Program-made: the position numbers and the translations under genes
Notes under the pieces: generated by a model
Told to the model about the DNA's origin: nothing
Databases searched by the model: none
Seen by the model: only the letters and a program-made list of their open reading frames with translations
Part shown: piece after piece, positions 20,046 to 30,921 of the stretch
Layout: the number at the start of each line of letters is the position of its first letter
How positions within the stretch are numbered: position 1 is the stretch's first letter
Source of the DNA: Olavius algarvensis Gamma 3 endosymbiont
Lineage (GTDB): Bacteria > Pseudomonadota > Gammaproteobacteria > GCA-001735895
Assembly (NCBI GenBank): GCA_001735895.1
Contig: DS021198.1
Coordinates: 478,340 to 542,339 of the forward strand
DNA: 64,000 nucleotides
Direction of reading: 5' to 3'

Positions 20046-21158
20046 CTAGATCCTGACGTAGCAGCCGCCAGGTGCCGATTGAATTAAATCATTTTGTTCA
20101 AGTAATAATAGCATGGATGAAAGCTTGTCGATGGTCAAGCCGCTGCGTTGCACAAGTATGTCACAGTTTACCGGGTCGTATCCGATCGCCCGCAACAACC
20201 GTCGATGCTCAGGATCGACGGTTTTCGGATCTATGACGGGCGCGGGGTCAGGCTGCTGATTGATGAAGCTAACGAGTTGAGCGAGCTCCCGGATTATGTC
20301 TTGCGGTCTCTCGGCGAGCTGCGCGCCGTCGCGAATCAGGTCGTGGCAGCCGCGGGTCTGGGGATTATGAATCGACCCCGGCACCGCGAAAACCTCACGT
20401 CCCTGGTCGGCGGCGTGCCGCGCGGTGACCAGTGAACCGCTGCGCTGCGCGGCCTCAACCACCAGGGTCGCCAAGGACAGTCCGCTGATAATGCGGTTGC
20501 GCTGCGGAAAGTTTGGTTTGCGCGCACCGGTGCCTGGAGGGAATTCGGATAACATCAACCCGTTCTGCCGTATGGCCGCCGCCAGTTCGCGATTGCGGCG
20601 CGGGTAGATTACGTCGAGGCCGGTGCCGGTGACGGCCAGCGTTTTACCCCCGGCGTGCAGCGCGCCGCGGTGCGCCTCGGTGTCGATACCGAGTGCCATG
20701 CCGCTGGTAACGCCGAGGCCCGCCGCGCTCAGGCTTGCGGCAAAATCGAATGCGGTCTGGGCTCCGCCCGGGGTGCAGCGCCGGCTTCCGACAATGGCGA
20801 TTTGAGGTTGGCGCAGCAAGTCGAGATCGCCGCTGGCGTACAGCAGTGGGGGGAAGTCGCTGATTTGGCGCAGCAACGCCGGGTAGGCCTTGTCATCGTA
20901 ACAAATCAGGTGATTGTTTTCGGCCTGCGCCCAGGCCAGGTCCCGCTCTACCTGCCGAGCCTGATTTGCGGCGACCCGGGCGATGGCCCGGGGCATGAAA
21001 CCGAGCGCGCGTAATTCGTCGGGGTCGCTTTGACGGATAAGCCTCGGGTCGCCGTTGAAGTGTTCGAGTAATTGCAGCAGCGCCTGGCTGCGGGTTGCGA
21101 AGCTGTGACAGAGGTGTAGGAAATCCGGCAGCAAATCCTTGTGCATGGTGGTCTCCAT
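20046..21158 (-). CDS. dprA: DNA-processing protein DprA
   Basis: 370 aa; Rossmann-like core IVGSRRCT...GMALGIDTEAHRGAL; synteny dprA-smg-topA. Confidence 0.9.
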   Translation of the reverse strand: METTMHKDLLPDFLHLCHSFATRSQALLQLLEHFNGDPRLIRQSDPDELRALGFMPRAIARVAANQARQVERDLAWAQAENNHLICYDDKAYPALLRQISDFPPLLYASGDLDLLRQPQIAIVGSRRCTPGGAQTAFDFAASLSAAGLGVTSGMALGIDTEAHRGALHAGGKTLAVTGTGLDVIYPRRNRELAAAIRQNGLMLSEFPPGTGARKPNFPQRNRIISGLSLATLVVEAAQRSGSLVTARHAADQGREVFAVPGSIHNPQTRGCHDLIRDGAQLAERPQDIIRELAQLVSFINQQPDPAPVIDPKTVDPEHRRLLRAIGYDPVNCDILVQRSGLTIDKLSSMLLLLEQNDLIQSAPGGCYVRI

Positions 21159-21241
21159 TCCATTTGCAGACCCGGATACTATACCACCGGGACAGTGCCT
21201 GGTACCAGTGAGTTGTCGCCGTTGTCAGTTACGCAGCAGCG

Positions 21242-22429
21242 CTACGGCGATTCGACGTAATCGTTGGCCGTAACCGGGAAATCGGCCTCCATGATGAGTG
21301 CGTAGCTCATTTTTTCGAAGGAGCGGATAACCATCGCCATGCCGACCTGCTCGTCGGGTAACTTGACGCGAAATCTCGGATCTTCCTCAGCCGGGTCGGG
21401 GATATCGTTTCCCGTGCGACGAATTCGCAGTATATTGCCGGATTCGAGCCCGTCGCGCTGACCCAGATTGATCGCAATGGTCTGGTAAATACCGGTCTGC
21501 GAGATGGCGTCCAGGAGCGCGACGATTTCACCGCTGACGTCGGTCTCCGGGGGCCGGGGGATGAAGTCACGTTCGAAATTGGTATTGTCCATCGGCATGA
21601 CGCGATCGTCGCGCAGGATTTCGCGTTCGGAATTAGTTACCCGGATCGAGGCCGGGTCGCCGCGCAGCAGCAGTTTCGATTCTCCGACATAAAGCGCTTG
21701 GTAGCCGAGTAGTTCATCGGTAATCGGATCGAACAGCGGGCGGTCGGGACGATAAATCTGGTAGCGGCCATTGCCATTCGACATGTCGAGCTTACGCACG
21801 TAAAGTTTATCGTTAATACTGTTGATCAAGTGGTCGTCGAGGCTGGAAAGCACATAGGCCGATTTTCTCAGCGTATCCAGGTCGATAACAATCGGGCGTT
21901 CCAACAGGTGGCGCAGCGCATCGATCGGTATCGATGCGATGGTTGCATCGATCGGCTGGCTGCGTACCCTGGGATTGACCTTGACGATCCTGAGACCTTG
22001 CGAAGTCTGGGATACGACCGAGCCGTCTTCGCCGCGGTTTAGAATCTGTACCCGGCGCTCGCCGCCGATATAAATGATAGCGAGCGTGTCGCCGGGATAA
22101 ATAAGATGCGGATCTTCGACCTGGGGATTCTTGAACCAGATTTCGGGCCAGAACCAGGGGTCCCGCAGAAACACGGTTGAGATATCCCATAGCGTATCGC
22201 CTTCTTGTACAATATAGGTTTCAGGGAATTCCGGTTCGTAAACAATTGTCTCGACGGTTTCCGTTTCAGCGACGGGAATTTGAGCTTCAACGGTTACCAC
22301 GTCCGGCGGCGGTGCTTCGTCGTAAACGACCGAATAGGGAGGTGGCGGTTCGGCGCAGGAGGCGATTAGCGCCATGCCCGAGAGCAGAATCAATCCCTTT
22401 AAAAGCTGTCTATTGTGGTCGGCAGGCAT
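21242..22429 (-). CDS. LysM peptidoglycan-binding protein (TsaP-like position next to dprA/def)
   Basis: Signal/lipobox-like N-terminus; LysM motif YIVQEGDTLWDISTVFLRDPWFWPEIW...IYPGDTLAI. Confidence 0.8.
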   Translation of the reverse strand: MPADHNRQLLKGLILLSGMALIASCAEPPPPYSVVYDEAPPPDVVTVEAQIPVAETETVETIVYEPEFPETYIVQEGDTLWDISTVFLRDPWFWPEIWFKNPQVEDPHLIYPGDTLAIIYIGGERRVQILNRGEDGSVVSQTSQGLRIVKVNPRVRSQPIDATIASIPIDALRHLLERPIVIDLDTLRKSAYVLSSLDDHLINSINDKLYVRKLDMSNGNGRYQIYRPDRPLFDPITDELLGYQALYVGESKLLLRGDPASIRVTNSEREILRDDRVMPMDNTNFERDFIPRPPETDVSGEIVALLDAISQTGIYQTIAINLGQRDGLESGNILRIRRTGNDIPDPAEEDPRFRVKLPDEQVGMAMVIRSFEKMSYALIMEADFPVTANDYVESP

Positions 22430-22567
22430 AAAATCCCCTGAAAATACGGAACTAATTGACGGATTGTAGCCTAAAATTAACCGACTACAAGCTATTTAGT
22501 GGCAAAGATACTAGTATAATCATCGACTTGGAACAACTAGTTATAATTTTTCTTGAAGTTTTTAACC

Positions 22568-23074
22568 ATGGCTTTATTAAATATTTTACATTTCCCAGAT
22601 ACGCGTCTCAGAACCGTCGCAAAACCGGTTACCGAGTTCGACGCCGAGTTGAAACAATTGGTCAGCGATTTGTTCGAAACCATGTATGAAGCGCCTGGGA
22701 TCGGGTTGGCCGCAACCCAGGTCGATCGACATATTCGATTGCTGGTACTGGATGTGTCCGAGGGGCGTGATCGGCCGCGCTGTCTGATTAATCCGCAGAT
22801 CATCGCCTCTGACGGCGAAGAGGAAATGGACGAAGGATGCCTGTCGGTACCGGGGTTTTATGAAAAGGTGAGCCGCGCAGAACGCATCCGCGTGCGTGCC
22901 CAGAATACCGACGGCGAAGTGTCGGAGTTCGAGGCGGAGGGGCTTGAGGCAGTCTGCATCCAGCACGAAATGGACCACCTCGAAGGCAAGCTGTTTGTCG
23001 ATTACCTGTCCAGTCTGAAACGCAACCGCATTCGCAGCAAGCTGGTTAAACAGCAGAAACAGCAAGCCAAGTAG
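22568..23074 (+). CDS. def: peptide deformylase
   Basis: [17 protein letters not shown] and HEMDHLEG motifs. ATG 22568 gives the canonical [11 protein letters not shown] start. Confidence 0.95.
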   Translation: MALLNILHFPDTRLRTVAKPVTEFDAELKQLVSDLFETMYEAPGIGLAATQVDRHIRLLVLDVSEGRDRPRCLINPQIIASDGEEEMDEGCLSVPGFYEKVSRAERIRVRAQNTDGEVSEFEAEGLEAVCIQHEMDHLEGKLFVDYLSSLKRNRIRSKLVKQQKQQAK

Positions 23075-23087
23075 CCGTTTTCGGATC

Positions 23088-24026
23088 ATGCTCAATATAA
23101 TTTTTGCGGGAACCCCGGAGTTTGCCGTGCCGGCGCTGCAGGCGCTGTTGCAGGGCAAACATCGAGTCGTTGCGGTGTATACCCAACCGGATCGTCCTGC
23201 CGGGCGCGGTCGTAAACTGCAGGCCAGTTCGGTCAAAAGCTGTGCGCTCGAACATCGGTTACCGGTTTATCAATTACCGAATTTCAAGTCTGCAGAAGCG
23301 CTCGAGCAGCTGGTTGAATTGCAGGCGGATATAATGGTTGTCGCCGCCTACGGTCTATTGCTGCCGCCGGAAGTGCTGGCGGCACCGCGTCTGGGTTGCA
23401 TCAATATTCACGCTTCGTTACTGCCGCGTTGGCGCGGCGCTTCGCCGATCCAGCAAGCAATTCTGGCCGGCGACGATTACAGCGGCGTCACCCTGATGAA
23501 GATGGAGCCGGGACTGGATAGCGGCGCTATAATCGCCAGCCGCCGGATCGAAATCGATGCCGGCTGGAGTGCCGGTGATTTACATGATGCCCTGGCGCCG
23601 CTCGGGGCGGAGCTATTGACGGAATCGCTGGATGATATTGAAGCTGCTTTGCAACAGGCGCGCGCTCAGGACGAGGCGCTGGTTACCTATGCACCGCGGT
23701 TGCTCAAGCAGCAGGCCGAAATCGATTGGGAGAAACCGCTCGGGCAATTGTTACGCGAAGTGCGGGGGTTTAATCCGTGGCCAGTCAGTTTTAGTTATCT
23801 CGATGACCAGAATCTGAGAGTATGGCGTGCACGGGCGGGCGGTGATCAGACCGCGGGCCAACCCGGAGAAGTCGTGCTGCATGACAAGAACGGGGTCTAC
23901 GTGCAGTGTGGCGACGGCCTATTGCAAATAACCGAATTGCAGTTTGCCGGGCGTAATCGATGCGATGCGGCGCAGGCCCTGAACGCACGTAATCTGAGCG
24001 CTTGTCGGCTCGGCGCGGCATCGTGA
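23088..24026 (+). CDS. fmt: methionyl-tRNA formyltransferase
   Basis: HASLLPRWRGASPIQ motif, 312 aa, follows def. Confidence 0.95.
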   Translation: MLNIIFAGTPEFAVPALQALLQGKHRVVAVYTQPDRPAGRGRKLQASSVKSCALEHRLPVYQLPNFKSAEALEQLVELQADIMVVAAYGLLLPPEVLAAPRLGCINIHASLLPRWRGASPIQQAILAGDDYSGVTLMKMEPGLDSGAIIASRRIEIDAGWSAGDLHDALAPLGAELLTESLDDIEAALQQARAQDEALVTYAPRLLKQQAEIDWEKPLGQLLREVRGFNPWPVSFSYLDDQNLRVWRARAGGDQTAGQPGEVVLHDKNGVYVQCGDGLLQITELQFAGRNRCDAAQALNARNLSACRLGAAS

Positions 24027-25346
24027 AAACCGAAAACCCCCGCTGGCTGGCGTTGCAGGTGATGCTGCGGGTGGTGGAAAAGGGTCGTTCGTTGGATGAT
24101 ATATTCAACAACGATTGGTACCGCTAACGATTGGTACCGCTCGCTGACCGCGCCGGCGCGTGATCTAGCCTTGTGCCGCGAGCTGGCCTTCGGCTTGTGC
24201 CGGTGGTATTTCGCGCTGTCGTCGCTGCTCGCGTCCCGCTTGCAAAAGCCACTGCGCGCTCGCGATCGCGATATCGAGATCATTCTTCTGCTCGGGTTGT
24301 ATCAGCTGTTAATTATGAAAACCGGCGACCACGCCGCGGTCAACGAAACGGTTAATCTGGCCCGGGCCCAGCAAAAGCCCTGGGCGCGGGGATTGATCAA
24401 CGCGGTGTTGCGTACGGTAATCCGGGAAGGCACGACGCTGGATGAAGATCTCAAGGCGCAGGCTTACCCCGATTGGATTGTGCGACGAATCCGGCGTGAC
24501 TGGAACGATCAGGCGCGGCAGCTGTTGATTCGCGGCAACGATCGCCCGCCGATGACCCTGCGTGTCGATACCCGGCAAATTGCGGTCGACGAAGTAATCG
24601 CCCGGCTGGCGGTGGATGGAATCGAAGCCGTCCGGCACCGGCGGGTGCCGAGCGCTATCGAATTGCCGTCACCCTGCGAGATCGGCCGCCTGGCCGGCTT
24701 CGAACAGGGTTTACTGAGCGTACAGGACGCCGCGGCGCAAATCGCGGCCGATCTGCTGGCTTGCGAGCCGGGTGCGCGGGTGCTCGATGCCTGCGCCGCA
24801 CCCGGGGGCAAAGCGATACATTTGCTGCAGCGATACGACGCTATCCAGCTCGCGGCGCTCGATGCAAGCGAAACCCGGCTCGAACGCTTGCAGCAAAATC
24901 TGGCGCGCATCGGAAAGACGGCGCAGCTGCTGGTGGGCGACGCCGCAAAACCCGATGGCTGGTTTTCGGGCGGCAGCTACGACGCGATCCTGGCGGATGT
25001 CCCTTGTTCGGCCAGCGGCGTCATGCGCCGGCATCCGGACATCAAACTATTGCGCCGCGAAAGCGATATAATGCCGCTGCTTGCGCTGCAACGAGATATT
25101 CTGGATGGATTGTGGCGCTTGCTGAAACCAGGAGGGAAAATGCTTTATTGCACCTGTTCCATCTTCAAGGAGGAGAACGAAGTCCAGATCGGGAAATTCC
25201 TGCAGCGCCACGGCGATTGCGTCGAACTGCCACTGACCGAATCCGACTGGGGCCAGGCGCGGCACAATGGACGCCAGATATTAACCGGCAGCGACAATAT
25301 GGATGGATTTTATTATGCACTGCTATCGAAGCCGTCCGGCCTATGA
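24023..25346 (+). pseudogene. rsmB: 16S rRNA (cytosine967-C5)-methyltransferase RsmB, interrupted by a 16-bp tandem duplication
   Basis: GTG 24023 (GTGA overlap with the fmt stop) gives VKTENPRWLALQVMLRVVEKGRSLDDIFNNDWYR, then stop at 24125. The rest (DWYRSLTAPARDLALCRELAFG..., SAM motif DACAAPGGK, PCSASGV, YCTCS) continues in another frame from ORF 24096..25346. Confidence 0.85.
24110..24141. repeat. perfect tandem duplication of AACGATTGGTACCGCT (2 x 16 bp)
   Basis: 24110-24125 is identical to 24126-24141. Removing one unit restores a single rsmB reading frame. Confidence 0.9.
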
Positions 25347-25930
25347 GACCGTTTGGGGCCCTGGATCGCCGAGTCTGGATCGCCGCCGCGGTCATGCTGC
25401 TCTATTTGCAATCGCTGCCTGTGCCGGCGCAGGAACGCGATGCCTTCACCGTCAATCGGGCCGAGTTCATACTCGACGAAACCTTGCTGCGGCTCAATCA
25501 CGAAATCGACAGCCAGATTCCGAACTACATCCTGATGGCCATCGATCAGGGATTTGCCGTACCGATGATGTTTGAAGTGGAGATACGTGCGGAGAAAGCC
25601 TACTGGTTCGACGACAAGGTGGTGTCGCTCAAACAACAATACCTGTTGCATCACCTGCCGATGCTGGATTCTTTCGTCGTTTTCGACGTCAACAGCTCGG
25701 AACGTCATTATTTCGAAAATCGCAAAGCAGCGGTGCAATCGATTGAAGTGGTTTACAATTACCCTATGCTGGATATCGACAACCTGGCACCGAAGCGCAA
25801 GTATTACGCACGTCTGCGCTTTGGTATCGATACCGATGTGCTGCCGTTGCCTTTAAAGTCGAGCTCGCTGTGGGATAATGACTGGGATCTGAAAAGCGAT
25901 TGGTACGAACGGGAGGTTGTTCGCCCCTAG
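25343..25930 (+). CDS. DUF4390 domain protein
   Basis: ATG 25343 overlaps the rsmB stop (ATGA). Signal-like N-terminus. It holds the conserved position between rsmB and the NtrY-like kinase. Confidence 0.7.
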   Translation: MRPFGALDRRVWIAAAVMLLYLQSLPVPAQERDAFTVNRAEFILDETLLRLNHEIDSQIPNYILMAIDQGFAVPMMFEVEIRAEKAYWFDDKVVSLKQQYLLHHLPMLDSFVVFDVNSSERHYFENRKAAVQSIEVVYNYPMLDIDNLAPKRKYYARLRFGIDTDVLPLPLKSSSLWDNDWDLKSDWYEREVVRP

Positions 25931-26103
25931 CCTGGGTACGGCACTCGGGCGGAACAAACTCATGAGAAAGATTAGCGAAGCCAATAACTTGCGCAGCTAC
26001 CCGGCCAGGTTTGGCGGGTACGGTTGGTACCTGACCGAAAGCAGGACATACTCGCAGATGCCCGAAGTTATTTTGTTCTCTGCGGGCAATATGCGGGTGG
26101 ATC

Positions 26104-28265
26104 ATGAATAGCACGTTTCGAAATACCGCTTCGATAGCGGCGCTGGTCGTGCTGCTGATGGTGTCGTTATATACTATTGGCGACGCCACCTCGCACTCGG
26201 CTACCTTCGGCAAGTACTACAACTGGCTGGTGTTTTTCAACGCCATGGGTCTGGTCGTGCTGCTGGGTCTGATCGCCCACAACGTTTACAAGCTGATCGT
26301 GCAATATCGCTTGAAAACGATCGGATCGCACCTTACCGCGCGTATGATTGGCGTGTTCGTGCTGCTGACTGTTATTCCGGTGAGCGTGGTTTATTATTTT
26401 TCCCTGAGCTTTCTGCATCGCGGCATCGACAGCTGGTTCGACGTCGGCATCGAAACCGCGCTCGAAGATTCGCTGCAGCTCGGCCGTGGGGCTATCGATT
26501 TACGCAAGCGGGATGCGCTGAAAAAGACCCGCAGCATCGTCGGCCAGATCGCCGAAATCGATAACGAATTTTTGATCGTCTATCTCGATGACGCCAGACA
26601 GCAGTTCGGCGCCAACGAGTTAACCCTCTACGATCACAGCAATGCGATTATCGCCTCCAGCAGCATCGATTCGACCGACCTGCCCGAAGCCATGCCGTTG
26701 ACCGATATCGGCGATCTCGATGTCGACAACCCTTATCTCAAGCTGATCGAAGATCCGACTTACGGCCTGGCGATGCAGGTCGCCGCGATGGTGCAAAGCC
26801 TTGATGCCACCGAACCGGCGCGCATCCTGCAGGCGCAATATCCCTTTACCGATCGGATCAATGAGTTGACGGTCGGCGTGCAAAACGCCTACGACCGTTA
26901 CAAGGAACTTGCGGTGTTGCGGGATCCGTTGAAGACGAGCTTCACGCTGGCGCTGTCGATTATCTGGTTGTTGAGCGTGTTGTCCGCGATTTGGCTAGCG
27001 TTTGTCGCCGCGCGCAAACTGGTGGCGCCGATTAACGACTTGGTCGAAGGCACCAAGGCCGTAGCGGCCGGGGACTACGAAAAGCAGCTGACGCTGTCGG
27101 GTAGCGACGAACTCGGTTTTCTGTTGCGCTCCTTCAATACCATGACGCGCAAAATCTCCCGCAGCCGCGCGATTGCCGAACAAAGCCAGCGCATGGAGGC
27201 GTTGCAGAAAACCTACCTCGAGTCGGTCATGGAACACATTACTTCGGGGGTGTTGACGATTGACGAAACCGGTTTCATCAAAAGCGGAAATCCGGCGGCC
27301 TGTTCGATTTTCGATGTCGACAGCTATTTCTTCTCCGAATTATACATTGCCGACGTGCTGCGCCAGTATCCGATGCTGGCGTCGTTCTTCGATGCGGTTG
27401 TAACGCATCTGGACCGGGATGACGGCTGGCAGGAAGAGATCGTCATGTTCGTCCAGGGGGGTAAAAAAATCCTGCGGGTACGCGGCACTACCTTGCAATC
27501 GCAAACCGATGATCGCAAAGAACAGGTCATCGTTGTCGACGACTTGACCGAACTGATTCAGGCGCAAAAAGAATCGGCCTGGAGCGAAATGGCGCGTCGG
27601 CTCGCGCACGAAATCAAGAATCCCTTGACGCCGATCCAGTTATCCGCCGAGCGGTTGCAGCGCAAACTGAGCGGTGAAGTTAGCAGCGAGAAACAATCGC
27701 TGCTGGATCGATATACGCATACCATCGTGCAGCAGGTGGAAGCGATGAAATCAATGGTTAATGCGTTTGCCGACTATGCCAGGTCGCCAACGCCAAAACC
27801 GCAACTGATCGATTTCAACGCCATGCTCGAGGAAATTACAGTGCTCTACCACGAAGATAATGCCGGAATTGCTATCGATTTGATGCTCGACGGCTCGCTG
27901 CCTGAAATCGAAGCCGAGTCTCGAAAACTCTCGAAGGCAAAGGTCGGATCAGTCTGATAACCGAGCTGGTCGAAACCGCAGGGCGCAGCTGGCTGGAATT
28001 CACGGTTGAAGACAGTGGCCATGGCATTGCCACAGAAGTCGCGCACAGCCTGTTCGACCCCTATGTCACTACCAAAACCTCGGGCAGCGGCTTGGGTCTT
28101 GCTATTGTGCAGAAAATCGTTGATGAGCACGGCGGCTCGGTACGCGTCAGCGAGGCGGCAGCAGGCGGTGCCCGATTTACCGTGCGCCTGCCCATTGCCA
28201 CGGCCGCCAACGAACCCGAGGCCGACGACGCAGTCGAAACCATCAAATCCAGGATGATGCCGTGA
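26104..28265 (+). pseudogene. NtrY-like sensor histidine kinase (TM-HAMP-PAS-HisKA), catalytic domain out of frame and lacking an N-box
   Basis: ORF 26104..27957 carries the H-box HEIKNPLTPIQLSAERL and stops at ...IEAESRKLSKAKVGSV. The frame open from 27906 to 28265 encodes GKGRISLITELVE...DSGHGI...GSGLGLAIV (G1/G2 boxes). No N-box (NLxxNA) appears in either frame. Confidence 0.75.
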
Positions 28266-29518
28266 ACGAGCGCATACTGGTGGTCGACGATGAACCCGAT
28301 ATCCGTATCCTGCTGAAGGATATCCTCGAAGACGAGGGCTATATCGTCGATGTGGCCGAACACGCCAGGGCGGCAAACGATATTCGCCGTGAAAGAGACC
28401 CCGACCTGGTTTTACTCGATATCTGGATGCCGGAAGTCGACGGCGTCACCTTACTGAAGCAGTGGAAGTCGTCCGGCAAGGACCATTGCCCGGTGGTGAT
28501 GATGTCGGGTCACGGCACAGTGGAAACCGCGGTGGAAGCCACGCGCTATGGCGCCGTGGATTTTGTCGAGAAGCCGCTGTCGATGGCAAAACTATTGAGC
28601 ACCGTGAAGTCGGCCCTGTCCAGCAGTTTGGGCGGTCTGTATCAGGACAGTCGCCGCCAGCTCGAACAGCCGGTAGGCAACAGTCGCATCGTGCAAGCCC
28701 TGAAGCAGCGTATGTTGGAGTTGCGGGAATCGACCGAGGCCGTGTTTTTGAGTGGCGCTCATGGCAGCGGCCGGCACATCTGGGCGGAGTATTTGAGCGC
28801 ATCCGTGGGCGGCATGGATATATTCGATACCGACCAGCGAATCCGGCCGACCGTGTTGCAACGTAATCTCTATATCGAAGAAGTAACCGACCTGAGCCCT
28901 GCCCAACAGAGTGCTTTATACAACGCCATTATGCTCAATAACCGGGAATCTAGATTTCGCTATATCGTTGCCAGTCGCAACACCGGCGACGAGCTGAAAA
29001 ATAACCAGCAGCTTGATCCGCAGCTGGCAGCCCTGTGGCGGCATGCCATCACCATCCCTTCGCTGGACGAACATATCGAAGATATCCCGGAACTGCTTGA
29101 ATACTATGTCAACTGGTATAGCGACCAGGAGCAGTTGCCGTACCGGCATTTCAATGTCGCCGCGCAGAATTTATTGCGCAACTATCCCTGGAGCGGTGAT
29201 ATCAACCAGCTCAAACAGTTTATCAGGGCCATCCTGGCGAATAGCGAAAACGAGCGTATCGAACTCGATGAGATCGAGCAGACCTTGCGTTCCATGGATT
29301 CCGATGCGGATGCGGCGGCGGGCAATAAATTCCAGATCTGGGTCGATATCGATATGGATCTGAGGGAAGCGAGAGAAGCCTTCGAACGCGAATATCTGGC
29401 GCGGCATCTCGAACTCAGTGGTCATAATATGACCGAATTAGCGCGCCGGGTCGGTCAGGAACGAACCCACCTTTACCGCAAGTTGAAATCACTTGGACTG
29501 CAAACCAAAAAACAATAA
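28262..29518 (+). CDS. NtrX-like response regulator (REC + degenerate AAA+ + Fis-type HTH)
   Basis: REC motifs ILVVDDEPDIR and LLDIWMP. The central domain has GAHGSGRH in place of a canonical Walker A, and no GAFTGA. C-terminal HTH NMTELARRVGQERTHLYRKLKSLG. Confidence 0.8.
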   Translation: MNERILVVDDEPDIRILLKDILEDEGYIVDVAEHARAANDIRRERDPDLVLLDIWMPEVDGVTLLKQWKSSGKDHCPVVMMSGHGTVETAVEATRYGAVDFVEKPLSMAKLLSTVKSALSSSLGGLYQDSRRQLEQPVGNSRIVQALKQRMLELRESTEAVFLSGAHGSGRHIWAEYLSASVGGMDIFDTDQRIRPTVLQRNLYIEEVTDLSPAQQSALYNAIMLNNRESRFRYIVASRNTGDELKNNQQLDPQLAALWRHAITIPSLDEHIEDIPELLEYYVNWYSDQEQLPYRHFNVAAQNLLRNYPWSGDINQLKQFIRAILANSENERIELDEIEQTLRSMDSDADAAAGNKFQIWVDIDMDLREAREAFEREYLARHLELSGHNMTELARRVGQERTHLYRKLKSLGLQTKKQ

Positions 29519-29524
29519 AAAGCC

Positions 29525-30901
29525 ATGAATATCATTATCTTAGGTGCCGGGCAGGTAGGCTCGACAGTCGCCACGGAGCTCGCCAAAGAGGAGAGCAATG
29601 AAATTACCGTGATCGACACCAACCAGCAAATTCTGTCGGATTTGCAGGATCGGCTGGATTTGCGCACGATTTGCGGTAATGGCTCTTATCCGGGCCTGCT
29701 CGAAGATGCCGGCGCCGACGATGCCGACATGATGATTGCACTGACCAATAGCGATGAAATCAATATGATCGCCTGCCAGATCGCGTCGTCGATATTCCAT
29801 ACTCCGACCAAGATCGCGCGCATCCGCTCCCCCGAATACCTGCGCCATCCCGGACTATTTGCCGAAGACTCGATTCCGGTCGACGTCATGATCAGCCCCG
29901 AATCGCTGGTCACCGAGTATATTTATCATTTGATCGAGCATCCGAGTGCGCTGCAGGTACTCGATTTCGCCGAAGGGCGGGTACAGCTGGTGGCGGTCAA
30001 AGCCTTTGACGATGGTTTGATGGTTGGCCGGGAATTAAAAACCATGAGTGCGGTAGTGCCCAAGGTCGACATGCGGGTCGCCGCGATATTTCGTGAAGGG
30101 CAGTCGATCCAGCCCTCGGCCGAGTGCGTAATCGAAGCCGGCGACGAAGTTTTTTTCCTCGCCGCGCGCGAGCATATCCCGACCGTTATTTCCGAAATGC
30201 GCAAGCTGGAAAAACCGAACAAGCGCATCATGCTTGCCGGCGGCGGCAATATCGGCGGCCAGCTGGCCTCGTTGATGGAAAAGGATTATCAGGTCAAGGT
30301 GATAGAGGCCTTCCCGGCGCGCGCGCGTGAACTGTCGGCGTTGCTGGATTCGGCCATCGTCTTGCTGGGCGATGCCGCCAATCCCGATTTGCTGTTGGAA
30401 GAAAATATCGAGTCCATGGACGTGTTTTGCGCGCTCACCAATGACGACGAAGCCAATATCCTGTCATCGATGCTGGCCAAGCGCATGGGGGCTAAAAAGG
30501 TCATGTCGCTAATCAACCGTGCGGCCTATGTCGATCTGGTTGAAAGCGGCTTGATCGATATCACTATCTCGCCGCACCAGGTCACCATTGGCGCGCTGCT
30601 GGCGCATATCCGGCGCGGCGACGTGGTCGCGGTACACGCGCTGCGGCGCGGATCGGCGGAAGCGATCGAGGCGATTGCGCATGGCGACAAGACTTCATCC
30701 AAGGTGGTGGGGCGAAATATAGAGGACATCAAGTTGCCGGAGGGCGCGCGCATCAGCGCGATCGTGCGCGGCGACGAGGTGATAATTGCGCATCATGACA
30801 CGGTTATCGAATCCGAAGACCACGTGATTTTATTTCTTACTGACAAGAAAAAAATTACCGAAGTCGAAAAACTGTTTCAGGTCGGCATCACCTATTTTTA
30901 G
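29525..30901 (+). CDS. trkA: Trk system potassium uptake protein TrkA
   Basis: 458 aa; two RCK/NAD-binding units (IIILGAGQVGSTVA, IMLAGGGNIGGQLA). Confidence 0.93.
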   Translation: MNIIILGAGQVGSTVATELAKEESNEITVIDTNQQILSDLQDRLDLRTICGNGSYPGLLEDAGADDADMMIALTNSDEINMIACQIASSIFHTPTKIARIRSPEYLRHPGLFAEDSIPVDVMISPESLVTEYIYHLIEHPSALQVLDFAEGRVQLVAVKAFDDGLMVGRELKTMSAVVPKVDMRVAAIFREGQSIQPSAECVIEAGDEVFFLAAREHIPTVISEMRKLEKPNKRIMLAGGGNIGGQLASLMEKDYQVKVIEAFPARARELSALLDSAIVLLGDAANPDLLLEENIESMDVFCALTNDDEANILSSMLAKRMGAKKVMSLINRAAYVDLVESGLIDITISPHQVTIGALLAHIRRGDVVAVHALRRGSAEAIEAIAHGDKTSSKVVGRNIEDIKLPEGARISAIVRGDEVIIAHHDTVIESEDHVILFLTDKKKITEVEKLFQVGITYF

Positions 30902-30921
30902 ACGGCGATCGGCGAAAAATC

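Noticed and set aside
24761-25342. N-terminal 194 aa of the 389-aa ORF 24761..25930.
   Set aside because: This part overlaps rsmB in another frame and is Arg/Ala-rich. The real gene (DUF4390) starts at ATG 25343, overlapping the rsmB stop.
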